Shown here: piece by piece, positions 1 through 14,410 of the stretch
How the letters are laid out: each line of letters starts with the position of its first letter
Numbering within the stretch: position 1 is the first letter of the stretch
Assembly (NCBI GenBank): GCA_002269645.1
Contig: NIVC01000962.1
Span: 62,001-126,000, forward strand
Direction of reading: 5' to 3'
DNA from: Macrostomum lignano
Taxonomy: Eukaryota
DNA: 64,000 nucleotides
The notes under the pieces: generated by a model
The model's database searches: none
What the model saw: the letters and a program-made list of their open reading frames with translations, nothing else
What the model was told of the DNA's origin: nothing
Position numbers and translations under genes: made by a program

Positions 1-3000
1 TGATTGTGAACTGATGATTCTGAACTGATGATTCTGAACTGATGATTCTGAACTGATGATTCTGAACTGATGATTCTGAATTGATGATTCTGAACTGATG
101 ATTCTGAACTGATGATTCTGAACTGATGATTGTGAACTGATGATTCTGAACTGATGATTCTGAACTGATGATTCTGAACTGATGATTCTGAACTGATGAT
201 TGTGAACTGATGATTCTGAACTGATGATTCTGAACTGATGATTCTGAACTGATGATTCTGAACTGATGATTGTGAACTGATGATTCTGAACTGATGATTC
301 TGAACTGATGATTCTGAACTGATGATTCTGAACTGATGATTCTGAACTGATGATTCTGAACTGATGATTCTGAACTGATGATTGTGAACTGATGATTCTG
401 AACTGATGATTCTGAACTGATGATTCTGAACTGATGATTGTGAACTGATGATTGTGAACTGATGATTCTGAACTGATGATTCTGAACTGATGATTCTGAA
501 CTGATGATTCTGAACTGATGATTCTGAACTGATGATTGTGAACTGATGATTGTGAACTGATGATTGTGAACTGATGATTGTGAACTGATGATTGTGAACT
601 GATGATTCTGAACTGATGATTCTGAACTGATGATTCTGAACTGATGATTGTGAACTGATGATTCTGAACTGATGATTCTGAACTGATGATTCTGAACTGA
701 TGATTCTGAACTGATGATTCTGAACTGATGATTCTGAACTGATGATTCTGAACTGATGATTCTGAACTGATGATTCTGAACTGATGATTGTGAACTGATG
801 ATTCTGAACTGATGATTGTGAACTGATGATTGTGAACTGATGATTGTGAACTGATGATTGTGAACTGATGATTGTGAACTGATGATTGTGAACTGATGAT
901 TGTGAACTGATGATTGTGAACTGATGATTCTGAACTGATGATTGTGAACTGATGATTCTGAACTGATGATTGTGAACTGATGATTCTGAACTGATGATTC
1001 TGAACTGATGATTCTGAACTGATGATTGTGAACTGATGATTGTGAACTGATGATTGTGAACTGATGATTGTGAACTGATGATTGTGAACTGATGATTGTG
1101 AACTGATGATTCTGAACTGATGATTGTGAACTGATGATTCTGAACTGATGATTCTGAACTGATGATTGTGAACTGATGATTGTGAACTGATGATTCTGAA
1201 CTGATGATTGTGAACTGATGATTCTGAACTGATGATTGTGAACTGATGATTGTGAACTGATGATTCTGAACTGATGATTGTGAACTGATGATTCTGAACT
1301 GATGATTCTGAACTGATGATTCTGAACTGATGATTCTGAACTGATGATTCTGAACTGATGATTCTGAACTGATGATTGTGAACTGATGATTCTGAACTGA
1401 TGATTCTGAACTGATGATTCTGAACTGATGATTCTGAACTGATGATTCTGAACTGATGATTGTGAACTGATGATTGTGAACTGATGATTGTGAACTGATG
1501 ATTCTGAACTGATGATTGTGAACTGATGATTCTGAACTGATGATTGTGAACTGATGATTCTGAACTGATGATTCTGAACTGATGATTCTGAACTGATGAT
1601 TCTGAACTGATGATTCTGAACTGATGATTCTGAACTGATGATTCTGAACTGATGATTCTGAACTGATGATTCTGAACTGATGATTCTGTGAACTGATGAT
1701 TCTGAACTGATGATTGTGAACTGATGATTCTGAACTGATGATTGTGAACTGATGATTGTGAACTGATGATTCTGAACTGATGATTGTGAACTGATGATTC
1801 TGAATTGATGATTGTGAACTGATGATTCTGAACTGATGATTCTGAACTGATGATTGTGAACTGATGATTGTGAACTGATGATTGTGAACTGATGATTCTG
1901 AATGATGATTGTGAACTGATGATTCTGAACTGATGATTGTGAACTGATGATTCTGAACTGATGATTGTGAACTGATGATTGTGAACTGATGATTGTGAAC
2001 TGATGATTGTGAATGATGATTCTGAACTGATGATTCTGAACTGATGATTCTGAACTGATGATTCTGAACTGATGATTCTGAACTGATGATTCTGAACTGA
2101 TGATTCTGAACTGATGATTCTGAACTGATGATTCTGAACTGATGATTCTGAACTGATGATTGTGAACTGATGATTCTGAACTGATGATTCTGAACTGATG
2201 ATTGTGAACTGATGATTCTGAACTGATGATTGTGAACTGATGATTGTGAACTGATGATTGTGAACTGATGATTGTGAACTGATGATTCTGAACTGATGAT
2301 TCTGAACTGATGATTCTGAACTGATGATTCTGAACTGATGATTCTGAACTGATGATTCTGAACTGATGATTCTGAACTGATGATTGTGAACTGATGATTC
2401 TGAACTGATGATTGTGAACTGATGATTCTGAACTGATGATTGTGAACTGATGATTCTGAACTGATGATTCTGTACTGATGATTGTGAACTGATGATTCTG
2501 AATTGATGATTGTGAACTGATGATTCTGAACTGATGATTCTGAACTGATGATTGTGAACTGATGATTGTGAACTGATGATTGTGAACTGATGATTCTGAA
2601 TTGATGATTGTGAACTGATGATTCTGAACTGATGATTCTGAACTGATGATTGTGAACTGATGATTGTGAACTGATGATTGTGAACTGATGATTGTGAACT
2701 GATGATTGTGAATTGATGATTCTGAACTGATGATTCTGAACTGATGATTCTGAACTGATGATTGTGAACTGATGATTCTGAACTGATGATTGTGAACTGA
2801 TGATTCTGAACTGATGATTCTGAACTGATGATTCTGAACTGATGATTCTGAACTGATGATTGTGAGCTGATGATTCTGAACTGATGATTCTGAACTGATG
2901 ATTGTGAACTGATGATTCTGAATTGATGATTCTGAACTGATGATTCTGAACTGATGATTCTGAACTGATGATTGTGAACTGATGATTGTGAATTGATGAT

Positions 3001-6000
3001 TCTGAACTGATGATTGTGAACTGATGATTCTGAACTGATGATTGTGAACTGATGATTCTGAATGATGATTCTGAACTGATGATTCTGAACTGATGATTCT
3101 GAACTGATGATTCTGAACTGATGATTCTGAACTGATGATTCTGAACTGATGATTGTGAACTGATGATTGTGAACTGATGATTGTGAACTGATGATTGTGA
3201 ACTGATGATTCTGAATTGATGATTCTGAACTGATGATTCTGAACTGATGATTGTGAACTGATGATTGTGAACTGATGATTCTGAACTGATGATTGTGAAC
3301 TGATGATTCTGAACTGATGATTCTGAACTGATGATTGTGAACTGATGATTCTGAACTGATGATTGTGAACTGATGATTCTGAACTGATGATTCTGAACTG
3401 ATGATTGTGAACTGATGATTCTGAACTGATGATTCTGAGCTGATGATTCTGAACTGATGATTCTGAACTGATGATTCTGAACTGATGATTCTGAACTGAT
3501 GATTCTGAACTGATGATTGTGAACTGATGATTCTGAACTGATGATTCTGAACTGATGATTCTGAACTGATGATTGTGAACTGATGATTCTGAACTGATGA
3601 TTGTGAACTGATGATTGTGAACTGATGATTCTGAACTGATGATTGTGAACTGATGATTGTGAGCTGATGATTCTGAACTGATGATTGTGAACTGATGATT
3701 CTGAACTGATGATTGTGAACTGATGATTCTGAACTGATGATTCTGAACTGATGATTGTGAACTGATGATTCTGAACTGATGATTCTGAACTGATGATTCT
3801 GAACTGATGATTCTGAACTGATGATTCTGAACTGATGATTCTGAACTGATGATTCTGAATTGATGATTCTGAACTGATGATTCTGAACTGATGATTCTGA
3901 ACTGATGATTCTGAACTGATGATTCTGAACTGATGATTGTGAACTGATGATTGTGAACTGATGATTCTGAACTGATGATTCTGAACTGATGATTCTGTAC
4001 TGATGATTCTGAATTGATGATTCTGAATTGATGATTGTGAACTGATGATTGTGAACTGATGATTGTGAGCTGATGATTCTGAACTGATGATTCTGAACTG
4101 ATGATTGTGAACTGATGATTCTGAACTGATGATTCTGAACTGATGATTATGAACTGATGATTCTGAACTGATGATTCTGAACTGATGATTGTGAACTGAT
4201 GATTGTGAACTGATGATTGTGAACTGATGATTCTGAACTGATGATTCTGAACTGATGATTGTGAACTGATGATTCTGAACTGATGATTCTGAACTGATGA
4301 TTCTGAACTGATGATTGTGAACTGATGATTCTGAACTGATGATTCTGAACTGATGATTGTGAACTGATGATTCTGAACTGATGATTCTGAACTGATGATT
4401 CTGAACTGATGATTGTGAACTGATGATTCTGAACTGATGATTCTGAACTGATGATTGTGAACTGATGATTGTGAACTGATGATTGTGAACTGATGATTCT
4501 GAACTGATGATTCTGAACTGATGATTGTGAACTGATGATTGTGAACTGATGATTCTGAACTGATGATTCTGAACTGATGATTCTGACTGATGATTCTGAA
4601 TGATGATTCTGAATGATGATTGTGAACTGATGATTCTGAACTGATGATTGTGAGCTGATGATTCTGAACTGATGATTCTGAACTGATGATTGTGAACTGA
4701 TGATTCTGAACTGATGATTCTGAACTGATGATTCTGAACTGATGATTCTGAACTGATGATTCTGAACTGATGATTCTGAACTGATGATTCTGAACTGATG
4801 ATTGTGAACTGATGATTCTGAACTGATGATTCTGAACTGATGATTGTGAACTGATGATTCTGAACTGATGATTCTGAACTGATGATTCTGAACTGATGAT
4901 TGTGAACTGATGATTCTGAACTGATGATTCTGAACTGATGATTGTGAACTGATGATTCTGAACTGATGATTCTGAACTGATGATTCTGAACTGATGATTC
5001 TGAACTGATGATTGTGAACTGATGATTCTGAACTGATGATTGTGAACTGATGATTGTGAACTGATGATTGTGAACTGATGATTCTGAACTGATGATTCTG
5101 AACTGATGATTGTGAACTGATGATTGTGAACTGATGATTGTGAACTGATGATTCTGAACTGATGATTCTGAACTGATGTTTCTGAGCTGATGATTCTGAA
5201 CTGATGATTCTGAACTGATGATTGTGAATTGATGATTGTGAACTGATGATTCTGAACTGATGATTCTGAACTGATGATTCTGAACTGATGATTCTGAACT
5301 GATGATTGTGAACTGATGATTCTGAACTGATGATTCTGAACTGATGATTGTGAATGATGATTCTGAACTGATGATTGTGAACTGATGATTCTGAACTGAT
5401 GATTCTGAATTGATGATTCTGAACTGATGATTGTGAACTGATGATTCTGAACTGATGATTCTGAACTGATGATTGTGAACTGATGATTGTGAACTGATGA
5501 TTCTGAACTGACGATTCTGAGCTGATGATTCTGAACTGATGATTCTGAACTGATGATTCTGAACTGATGATTCTGAACTGATGATTCTGAACTGATGATT
5601 GTGAACTGATGATTCTGAACTGATGATTCTGAACTGATGATTCTGAACTGATGATTCTGAACTGATGATTCTGAACTGATGATTGTGAACTGATGATTGT
5701 GAACTGATGATTCTGAACTGATGATTCTGAACTGATGATTCTGAACTGATGATTCTGAACTGATGATTCTGAACTGATGATTCTGAACTGATGATTGTGA
5801 ACTGATGATTGTGAACTGATGATTCTGAACTGATGATTCTGAACTGATGATTCTGAACTGATGATTCTGAACTGATGATTCTGAACTGATGATTGTGAAC
5901 TGATGATTGTGAACTGATGATTCTGAACTGATGATTGTGAACTGATGATTGTGAGCTGATGATTCTGAACTGATGATTGTGAACTGATGATTCTGAACTG

Positions 6001-9000
6001 ATGATTCTGAACTGATGATTCTGAACTGATGATTCTGAACTGATGATTCTGAACTGATGATTCTGAATTGATGATTCTGAACTGATGATTCTGAACTGAT
6101 GATTGTGAACTGATGATTCTGAACTGATGATTCTGAACTGATGATTCTGAACTGATGATTGTGAACTGATGATTCTGAACTGATGATTGTGAACTGATGA
6201 TTCTGAACTGATGATTCTGAACTGATGATTCTGAACTGATGATTCTGAACTGATGATTGTGAACTGATGATTCTGAACTGATGATTGTGAACTGATGATT
6301 CTGAACTGATGATTGTGAACTGATGATTCTGAACTGATGATTGTGAACTGATGATTCTGAACTGATGATTCTGAACTGATGATTCTGAATTGATGATTGT
6401 GAACTGATGATTGTGAACTGATGATTGTGAACTGATGATTCTGAACTGATGATTGTGAACTGATGATTGTGAACTGATGATTCTGAACTGATGATTCTGA
6501 ACTGATGATTGTGAACTGATGATTCTGAACTGATGATTGTGAACTGATGATTCTGAACTGATGATTCTGAACTGATGATTCTGAACTGATGATTGTGAAC
6601 TGATGATTGTGAACTGATGATTCTGAACTGATGATTGTGAACTGATGATTGTGAACTGATGATTGTGAACTGATGATTCTGAACTGATGATTCTGAACTG
6701 ATGTTTCTGAGCTGATGATTCTGAACTGATGATTCTGAACTGATGATTGTGAATTGATGATTGTGAACTGATGATTCTGAACTGATGATTCTGAACTGAT
6801 GATTCTGAACTGATGATTCTGAACTGATGATTGTGAGCTGATGATTCTGAACTGATGATTCTGAACTGATGATTGTGAATTGATGATTCTGAACTGATGA
6901 TTGTGAACTGATGATTCTGAACTGATGATTCTGAATGATGATTCTGAACTGATGATTGTGAACTGATGATTCTGAACTGATGATTCTGAACTGATGATTG
7001 TGAACTGATGATTGTGAACTGATGATTCTGAACTGATGATTCTGAGCTGATGATTCTGAACTGATGATTCTGAACTGATGATTCTGAACTGATGATTCTG
7101 AACTGATGATTCTGAACTGATGATTGTGAACTGATGATTCTGAACTGATGATTCTGAACTGATGATTCTGAACTGATGATTCTGAACTGATGATTCTGAA
7201 CTGATGATTGTGAACTGATGATTGTGAACTGATGATTCTGAACTGATGATTCTGAACTGATGATTCTGAACTGATGATTCTGAACTGATGATTCTGAACT
7301 GATGATTCTGAACTGATGATTGTGAACTGATGATTGTGAACTGATGATTCTGAACTGATGATTCTGAACTGATGATTCTGAACTGATGATTCTGAACTGA
7401 TGATTCTGAACTGATGATTGTGAACTGATGATTGTGAACTGATGATTCTGAACTGATGATTGTGAACTGATGATTGTGAGCTGATGATTCTGAACTGATG
7501 ATTGTGAACTGATGATTCTGAACTGATGATTCTGAACTGATGATTCTGAACTGATGATTCTGAACTGATGATTCTGAACTGATGATTCTGAATTGATGAT
7601 TCTGAGCTGATGATTCTGAACTGATGATTGTGAACTGATGATTCTGAACTGATGATTCTGAACTGATGATTCTGAACTGATGATTGTGAACTGATGATTC
7701 TGAACTGATGATTGTGAACTGATGATTCTGAACTGATGATTCTGAACTGATGATTCTGAACTGATGATTCTGAACTGATGATTGTGAACTGATGATTCTG
7801 ACTGATGATTGTGAACTGATGATTCTGAACTGATGATTGTGAACTGATGATTCTGAACTGATGATTGTGAACTGATGATTCTGAACTGATGATTCTGAAC
7901 TGATGATTCTGAATTGATGATTGTGAACTGATGATTGTGAACTGATGATTGTGAACTGATGATTCTGAACTGATGATTGTGAACTGATGATTGTGAACTG
8001 ATGATTCTGAACTGATGATTCTGAACTGATGATTGTGAACTGATGATTCTGAACTGATGATTGTGAACTGATGATTCTGAACTGATGATTCTGAACTGAT
8101 GATTCTGAACTGATGATTGTGAACTGATGATTGTGAACTGATGATTCTGAACTGATGATTGTGAACTGATGATTCTGAACTGATGATTCTGAACTGATGA
8201 TTCTGAACTGATGATTCTGAACTGATGATTCTGAACTGATGATTGTGAACTGATGATTCTGAACTGATGATTGTGAACTGATGATTCTGAACTGATGATT
8301 CTGAACTGATGATTCTGAACTGATGATTGTGAACTGATGATTGTGAACTGATGATTGTGTACTGATGATTGTGAACTGATGATTCTGAACTGATGATTGT
8401 GAACTGATGATTCTGAACTGATGATTGTGAACTGATGATTCTGAACTGATGATTGTGAACTGATGATTCTGAACTGATGATTCTGAACTGATGATTGTGA
8501 ACTGATGATTCTGAACTGATGATTCTGAACTGATGATTGTGAACTGATGATTCTGAACTGATGATTCTGAATGATGATTCTGAACTGATGATTCTGAACT
8601 GATGATTCTGAACTGATGATTCTGAACTGATGATTCTGAACTGATGATTCTGAACTGATGATTCTGAACTGATGATTCTGAACTGATGATTCTGAACTGA
8701 TGATTCTGAACTGATGATTCTGAACTGATGATTCTGAACTGATGATTGTGAACTGATGATTCTGAACTGATGATTCTGAACTGATGATTGTGAACTGATG
8801 ATTCTGAACTGATGATTCTGAACTGATGATTGTGAACTGATGATTCTGAACTGATGATTCTGAACTGATGATTGTGAACTGATGATTCTGAACTGATGAT
8901 TCTGAACTGATGATTCTGAACTGATGATTCTGAACTGATGATTCTGAACTGATGATTCTGAACTGATGATTCTGAACTGATGATTCTGAACTGATGATTG

Positions 9001-10780
9001 TGAACTGATGATTCTGAACTGATGATTCTGAACTGATGATTCTGAACTGATGATTCTGAACTGATGATTCTGAACTGATGATTGTGAACTGATGATTCTG
9101 AACTGATGATTCTGAACTGATGATTCTGAACTGATGATTCTGAACTGATGATTCTGAACTGATGATTCTGAACTGATGATTCTGAACTGATGATTGTGAA
9201 CTGATGATTCTGAACTGATGATTGTGAACTGATGATTCTGAACTGATGATTCTGAACTGATGATTCTGAACTGATGATTCTGAACTGATGATTGTGAACT
9301 GATGATTCTGAACTGATGATTGTGAACTGATGATTCTGAACTGATGATTGTGAACTGATGATTGTGAACTGATGATTCTGAACTGATGATTCTGAACTGA
9401 TGATTGTGAACTGATGATTGTGAACTGATGATTGTGAACTGATGATTCTGAACTGATGATTCTGAACTGATGATTGTGAACTGATGATTGTGAACTGATG
9501 ATTCTGAACTGATGATTCTGAACTGATGATTCTGAATTGATGATTCTGAACTGATGATTGTGAACTGATGATTCTGAACTGATGATTGTGAACTGATGAT
9601 TGTGAACTGATGATTCTGAACTGATGATTCTGAACTGATGATTGTGAGCTGATGATTCTGAATTGATGATTGTGAACTGATGATTGTGAACTGATGATTG
9701 TGAACTGATGATTCTGAACTGATGATTGTGAACTGATGATTCTGAACTGATGATTCTGAACTGATGATTGTGAACTGATGATTGTGAACTGATGATTCTG
9801 AACTGATGATTCTGAACTGATGATTGTGAACTGATGATTCTGAACTGATGATTGTGAACTGATGATTCTGAACTGATGATTCTGAACTGATGATTCTGAA
9901 CTGATGATTCTGAACTGATGATTGTGAACTGATGATTCTGAACTGATGATTGTGAACTGATGATTCTGAACTGATGATTCTGAACTGATGATTCTGAACT
10001 GATGATTCTGTATTGATGATTGTGAACTGATGATTCTGAACTGATGATTCTGAACTGATGATTCTGAATTGATGATTCTGAACTGATGATTCTGAACTGA
10101 TGATTCTGAACTGATGATTGTGAATTGATAATTGTGAACTGATGATTGTGAACTGATGATTGTGAATTGATGATTGTGAACTGATGATTGTGAACTGATG
10201 ATTCTGAACTGATGATTCTGAACTGATGATTCTGAACTGATGATTGTGAATTGATGATTGTGAACTGATGATTGTGAACTGATGATTGTGAACTGATGAT
10301 TGTGAACTGATGATTCTGAACTGATGATTGTGAATTGATGATTGTGAACTGATGATTCTGAACTGATGATTGTGAATTGATGATTGTGAACTGATGATTG
10401 TGAACTGATGATTGTGAACTGATGATTGTGAACTGATGATTCTGAACTGATGATTGTGAACTGATGATTGTGAACTGATGATTCTGAACTGATGATTCTG
10501 AACTGATGATTTCTGAACTGATGATTGTGAATTGATGATTGTGAACTGATGATTGTGAACTGATGATTCTGAACTGATGATTCTGAACTGATGATTCTGA
10601 ACTGATGATTCTGAACTGATGATTGTGAACTGATGATTCTGAACTGATGATTCTGAACTGATGATTCTGAACTGATGATTGTGAATTGATGATTGTGAAC
10701 TGATGATTCTGAACTGATGATTGTGAACTGATGATTGTGAACTGATGATTCTGAACTGATGATTCTGAACTGATGATTGG
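1..10780. repeat. Long tandem satellite, 14-bp unit TGATT(C/G)TGAACTGA, ~770 copies, runs off the left edge
   Basis: Continuous 14-bp periodicity with a C/G dimorphic position and rare variants (AATT, GAGC, 1-bp deletions). Decays at ~10780 (TGATGATTGGCAGTTGATGATTCAC). Confidence 0.99.
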
Positions 10781-12771
10781 CAGTTGATGATTCACAGCAA
10801 ATGATTTGTGCTTTATCCGTATGAGCACAGGAGCAAGCTCATATCCTTATCAGCTCAAGAAGCCATCCCAGAGAGGCTGGTATTTACTTGAGAACTGATC
10901 CAAGTCCGTCTCCAAACCAGCCCCGAGGATTTGAATTCACTAGCGGATTTGCACAGAACAACTGAAATAAAAAGTGCATTCATTGCACCTGCAACACGGC
11001 ACAGGTGTGTTAGGATGAAAAATGAAATTGGCTTGATCAAAGTGGATCGAGAAGCTTTAAATAGCATCAACAAAGCTCTTCTAATCCTCACTGTTTGCGT
11101 GCTTGAGCAGTTTGGAACAAAACTGCTCTAAGCAGCTTAATTTTTTAACAGTCCTGGCACAAAAGGGCGTCTCTGCCCTCTCTGGCCTCACAGAACGGCC
11201 TCCTGCATTGCTGAAATTTCCTGTCAAACCAGCCTGTAAATCACCTGAGCTACAGGTGACTCTGGCATAGTAACGATGAAAATTCTGTCACTTGAAAATC
11301 TGCAGAATTTCTTCTTGTCCAGTTAGAATTGAAATTTACACACTTCAAAATGGTCCAATATCCCGACTCGCCAATGAAATATTGGACCAGATGTAATTTA
11401 CGACCGTATTTAGTAGGATTTGGATGCGCCTGCATGTCAGGTTTCATATCAACTAATCCACCTGCTGGTTCACTTTTGACCTTTCTGATGACTGAAGCAT
11501 GTAATTTATCAGAGAGCTTGATCAAGCAGCAGAGCTGCATCGATATATCTGGGTTGAGAGACTTCAGCAGAAAAAAAGGACAGTTTTTCACTAACTGGGC
11601 AATTTTGGGCAGCAAGAAGACAAACAATGAATTTTACGAGGTTTTCAGAAAGAAATTAGCAAGCTTATTATCCAATTTCCCCCTAGCGAAAATGATGAAA
11701 ACTCCGAAAGGTGGGATTTCACACTGCAGCAGCTGTCTCTTTTCCCTAAGTATGCTTTTCCCAAAAAATTTCTCAAAGTTCCGCGACACGCACAGGTTGC
11801 TAATAACAACGGACTGGGAGACACAGAAGACATAAGACCTCATTTTATTTGCTATAGCTGAGCTCGGCCGAGCTTAAGCACCGCCAGCCAGAGACGCAAA
11901 AACTGCTGGAATTGATGCAAATGCCAGCAGACAGGCAAAGGAAGTTGCTAGGGAAAAAATGAAACTATTGTTAGCTACGCACATATCAGACAGACAGTTT
12001 CCGATCGCTGTAGTTGCCGCGTGGGACTTGGCTACAAGCGATCGGCGCAGCTGCTTGCATGTAGCCATCTATCTCGGTACATTAATAAGAATTAAGTATG
12101 CACGCGGTCTTGAACCAAGGCAGGTCGTGACGGACTTGAGCACCCTCAAGCTCGATTCAAAGGCTGCGTTTCTACTGTTGTCAAAGAGTAGACAAGCAAA
12201 AAGGTGCATGCAAGGTGACGAGAAGGTCGCGGGACTCGCGAGGCCGCTGTTACACCCCAATGTGATTGAGTAACTGTGTAACCATACTATACTCGCTCAC
12301 TTTAATTCAGTGATTGATTGCTCTGGACAGGTAGGTCCAAATTTAACCGATCGAACCACCTTGCACCTGATATACGAGTTACATTTGCCGATTTATTTTT
12401 TTTTATTCGTCGCTTATCGTCGCTTATTAACACTTAGGAAAATTGCAGCGCAAATAAGGACGCTGAACATTCCCGGAGCCACTTCAATCAGGTTAGGTTA
12501 GTCTGTAATCCTTCGCTAGGTTTCAATTTTTCGGGCAATAATTACAAGTGGAAGTGACATTTTGCAAGGGAAGGCAACGAGAGCCTAGTTTTGCAGCAGC
12601 AAGTTGATTTTAAGGCCTGTACCTGTACCCGCATGTTAAAGCCCGTAAATGAATTGCCGACCCCCGTCAGGAATATCCACATGCATTTTCACGAGGACGT
12701 GAAGTATGAATGGAGGAGGCGGAGGAGGAAGAGAAACGGAAATAATCAGCTGGAGTGAGTGGAAGTGACTT

Positions 12772-13207
12772 TTAACGTTTGGCTGTGTATACTCGCGAGC
12801 CAGATAAGGAAATAGGGTGGGGATGAACTACACATCGATTTAACTTTTAGCTGTGTACACTCGCGAGCCAGATAAGGAAAGAGGGTGGGGTTGAACGCAT
12901 CGATTTAACGTTAGCTGTGTACACTCGCGAGCCAGATAAGGAAAGAGGGTGGGGTTGAACGCATCGATTTAACTTTTAGCTGTGTACACTCGCGAGCCAG
13001 ATAAGGAAAGAGGGTGGGGTTGAACGCATCGATTTAACGTTAGCTGTGTACACTCGCGAGCCAGATAAGGAAAGAGGGTGGGGTTGAACGCATCGATTTA
13101 ACTTTTTGCTGTGTACACTCGCGAGCCTGATAAAGATAGAGGGTGCATGGGGTTGAATGAGGCATCGATTTAACTTTTATCAGTGTACACTCGCGAGTCC
13201 GATAAGG
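12772..13207. repeat. Minisatellite with alternating 64/65-bp units (~6.5 copies)
   Basis: GCTGTGTACACTCGCGAGCCAGATAAGG starts at 12850, 12914, 12979, 13043 and 13108 (spacings 64, 65, 64, 65). Confidence 0.95.
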
Positions 13208-14258
13208 AAACACGCATGCAGTTCCTCAACTACTTTGGCGCGCCACCGCTGCTGGTGCCCCCACGATGGCGTCCCTTACGATAGCGCTCCCCCCTCCCAA
13301 GGCGGCGGGCCCTGGTACAATAATTCTACTGACCGATGAAATTTCTCAAGATGATTATTTTGCAGCACAGAATGACAGATTCCCATAGCCAGAAAGGTTA
13401 ATTAAAACAGCGTTAAGCCGACCAGCGAATTCTTTCGAACAAAACAGCAACATCCTCTACCTTCAGATTTCAATTATTTCAGAACGTGAATAACGGATTA
13501 AGATCATCGTTGACAATATCGACCTTTAAAATTGGAGATCCCTCAGAGTTGGACAAGACAGCCTAGGCAGGAGAGGAAGCCGGTGAAGTGGACCAGAAGA
13601 AGAACAGGGAAAGAGCAGGAAAATGCCAATGAGAGCTGCTGCAGCAGGAGTTGGGAGAATGTCTGATAGGCCTCTAGGCCAATTATCATTAGACATGGCA
13701 TCCATCCACAGTGACCTGCTGGGTCAGGACAGGATGTACAGGGATATTAAAGCAGCACGGAGGGGTTTCCCGGCCTCGAATCGGATAAGGTGATGCTCTC
13801 CCTTCGATGGATGCTCTTCCCTAGAAATGCTGCAGCCGAATAACAGACCCCACGCGAATGCCTCAGCTTGTCCAGCGCAAGAGGAGGACGGAAGAAAAAA
13901 TTGAGAAAGAGCTGGTACGTGCCTCTCTCAAGTAGCTCGTGTTATTTCAGTATTAGAAGGAATATAAAGCTGGAAAACTGAGCAGGTGACTCTCGCGGGC
14001 AGCGAGGCGTGAGCGGCAAAATTACGGCTTGTTCCTTGTTGCACTTCCGAAAGTCCTCGAAACTGCGTGGGGCAGCCATGAGCGCGAGCGTCATCGTCAT
14101 CGAATTTCGTTTTACGTTCAGATTGATAGCAGCTGACAGGTGCCTGCAGAGATAATTAAGTACTTATGCTAGTAGCTCATAGTATGGCTGTCTAAATGAG
14201 ACCTAATTGAGACCTTCATTCGCTTCGTAGCCTAAGTACTTAATTGTAGGGCTACAAA

Positions 14259-14410
14259 CGCGTTGCAGCCTAGTGGTTAGAGTGTCGGACTGGCAACTTG
14301 AAGGTTGGGAGTTCGATTCCCGATCCCACAGAAACAATTTGTGTCCTTTTGAGCAAGACACACTTAACTCTGCATTTCTTCAGTTCACCCAGCTGTAAAA
14401 TGAGTGCCAG
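14259..14410 (+). mobile_element. tRNA-derived SINE head plus CORE-like domain (3' end not defined)
   Basis: A-box AGCCTAGTGGTTAG and B-box GTTCGATTCC. These are followed by GTGTCCTTTTGAGCAAGACACACTTAACTCTGCATTTCTTCAGTTCACCCAGCTGTAAAATGAG, which aligns by eye to the MIR/CORE consensus (GTGACCTTGGGCAAG..ACTTAAC..CTCAGTTTCCTCATCTGTAAAATG). Confidence 0.75.

Noticed and set aside
1-10780. Hammerhead ribozyme array (CTGATGA core)
   Set aside because: No GAAA (the unit has GAAC) and no flanking stems.
1-10780. C/G pattern as an engineered or encoded message
   Set aside because: Runs, local duplications and rare point variants look like ordinary satellite turnover; no framing was visible.
10841-10850. 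ATATCCTT as an AT-AC U12 donor
   Set aside because: No associated exon or branch point identified.
14259-14335. Functional tRNA gene
   Set aside because: T-stem and anticodon stem do not pair properly, and the sequence continues into a CORE-like SINE body.
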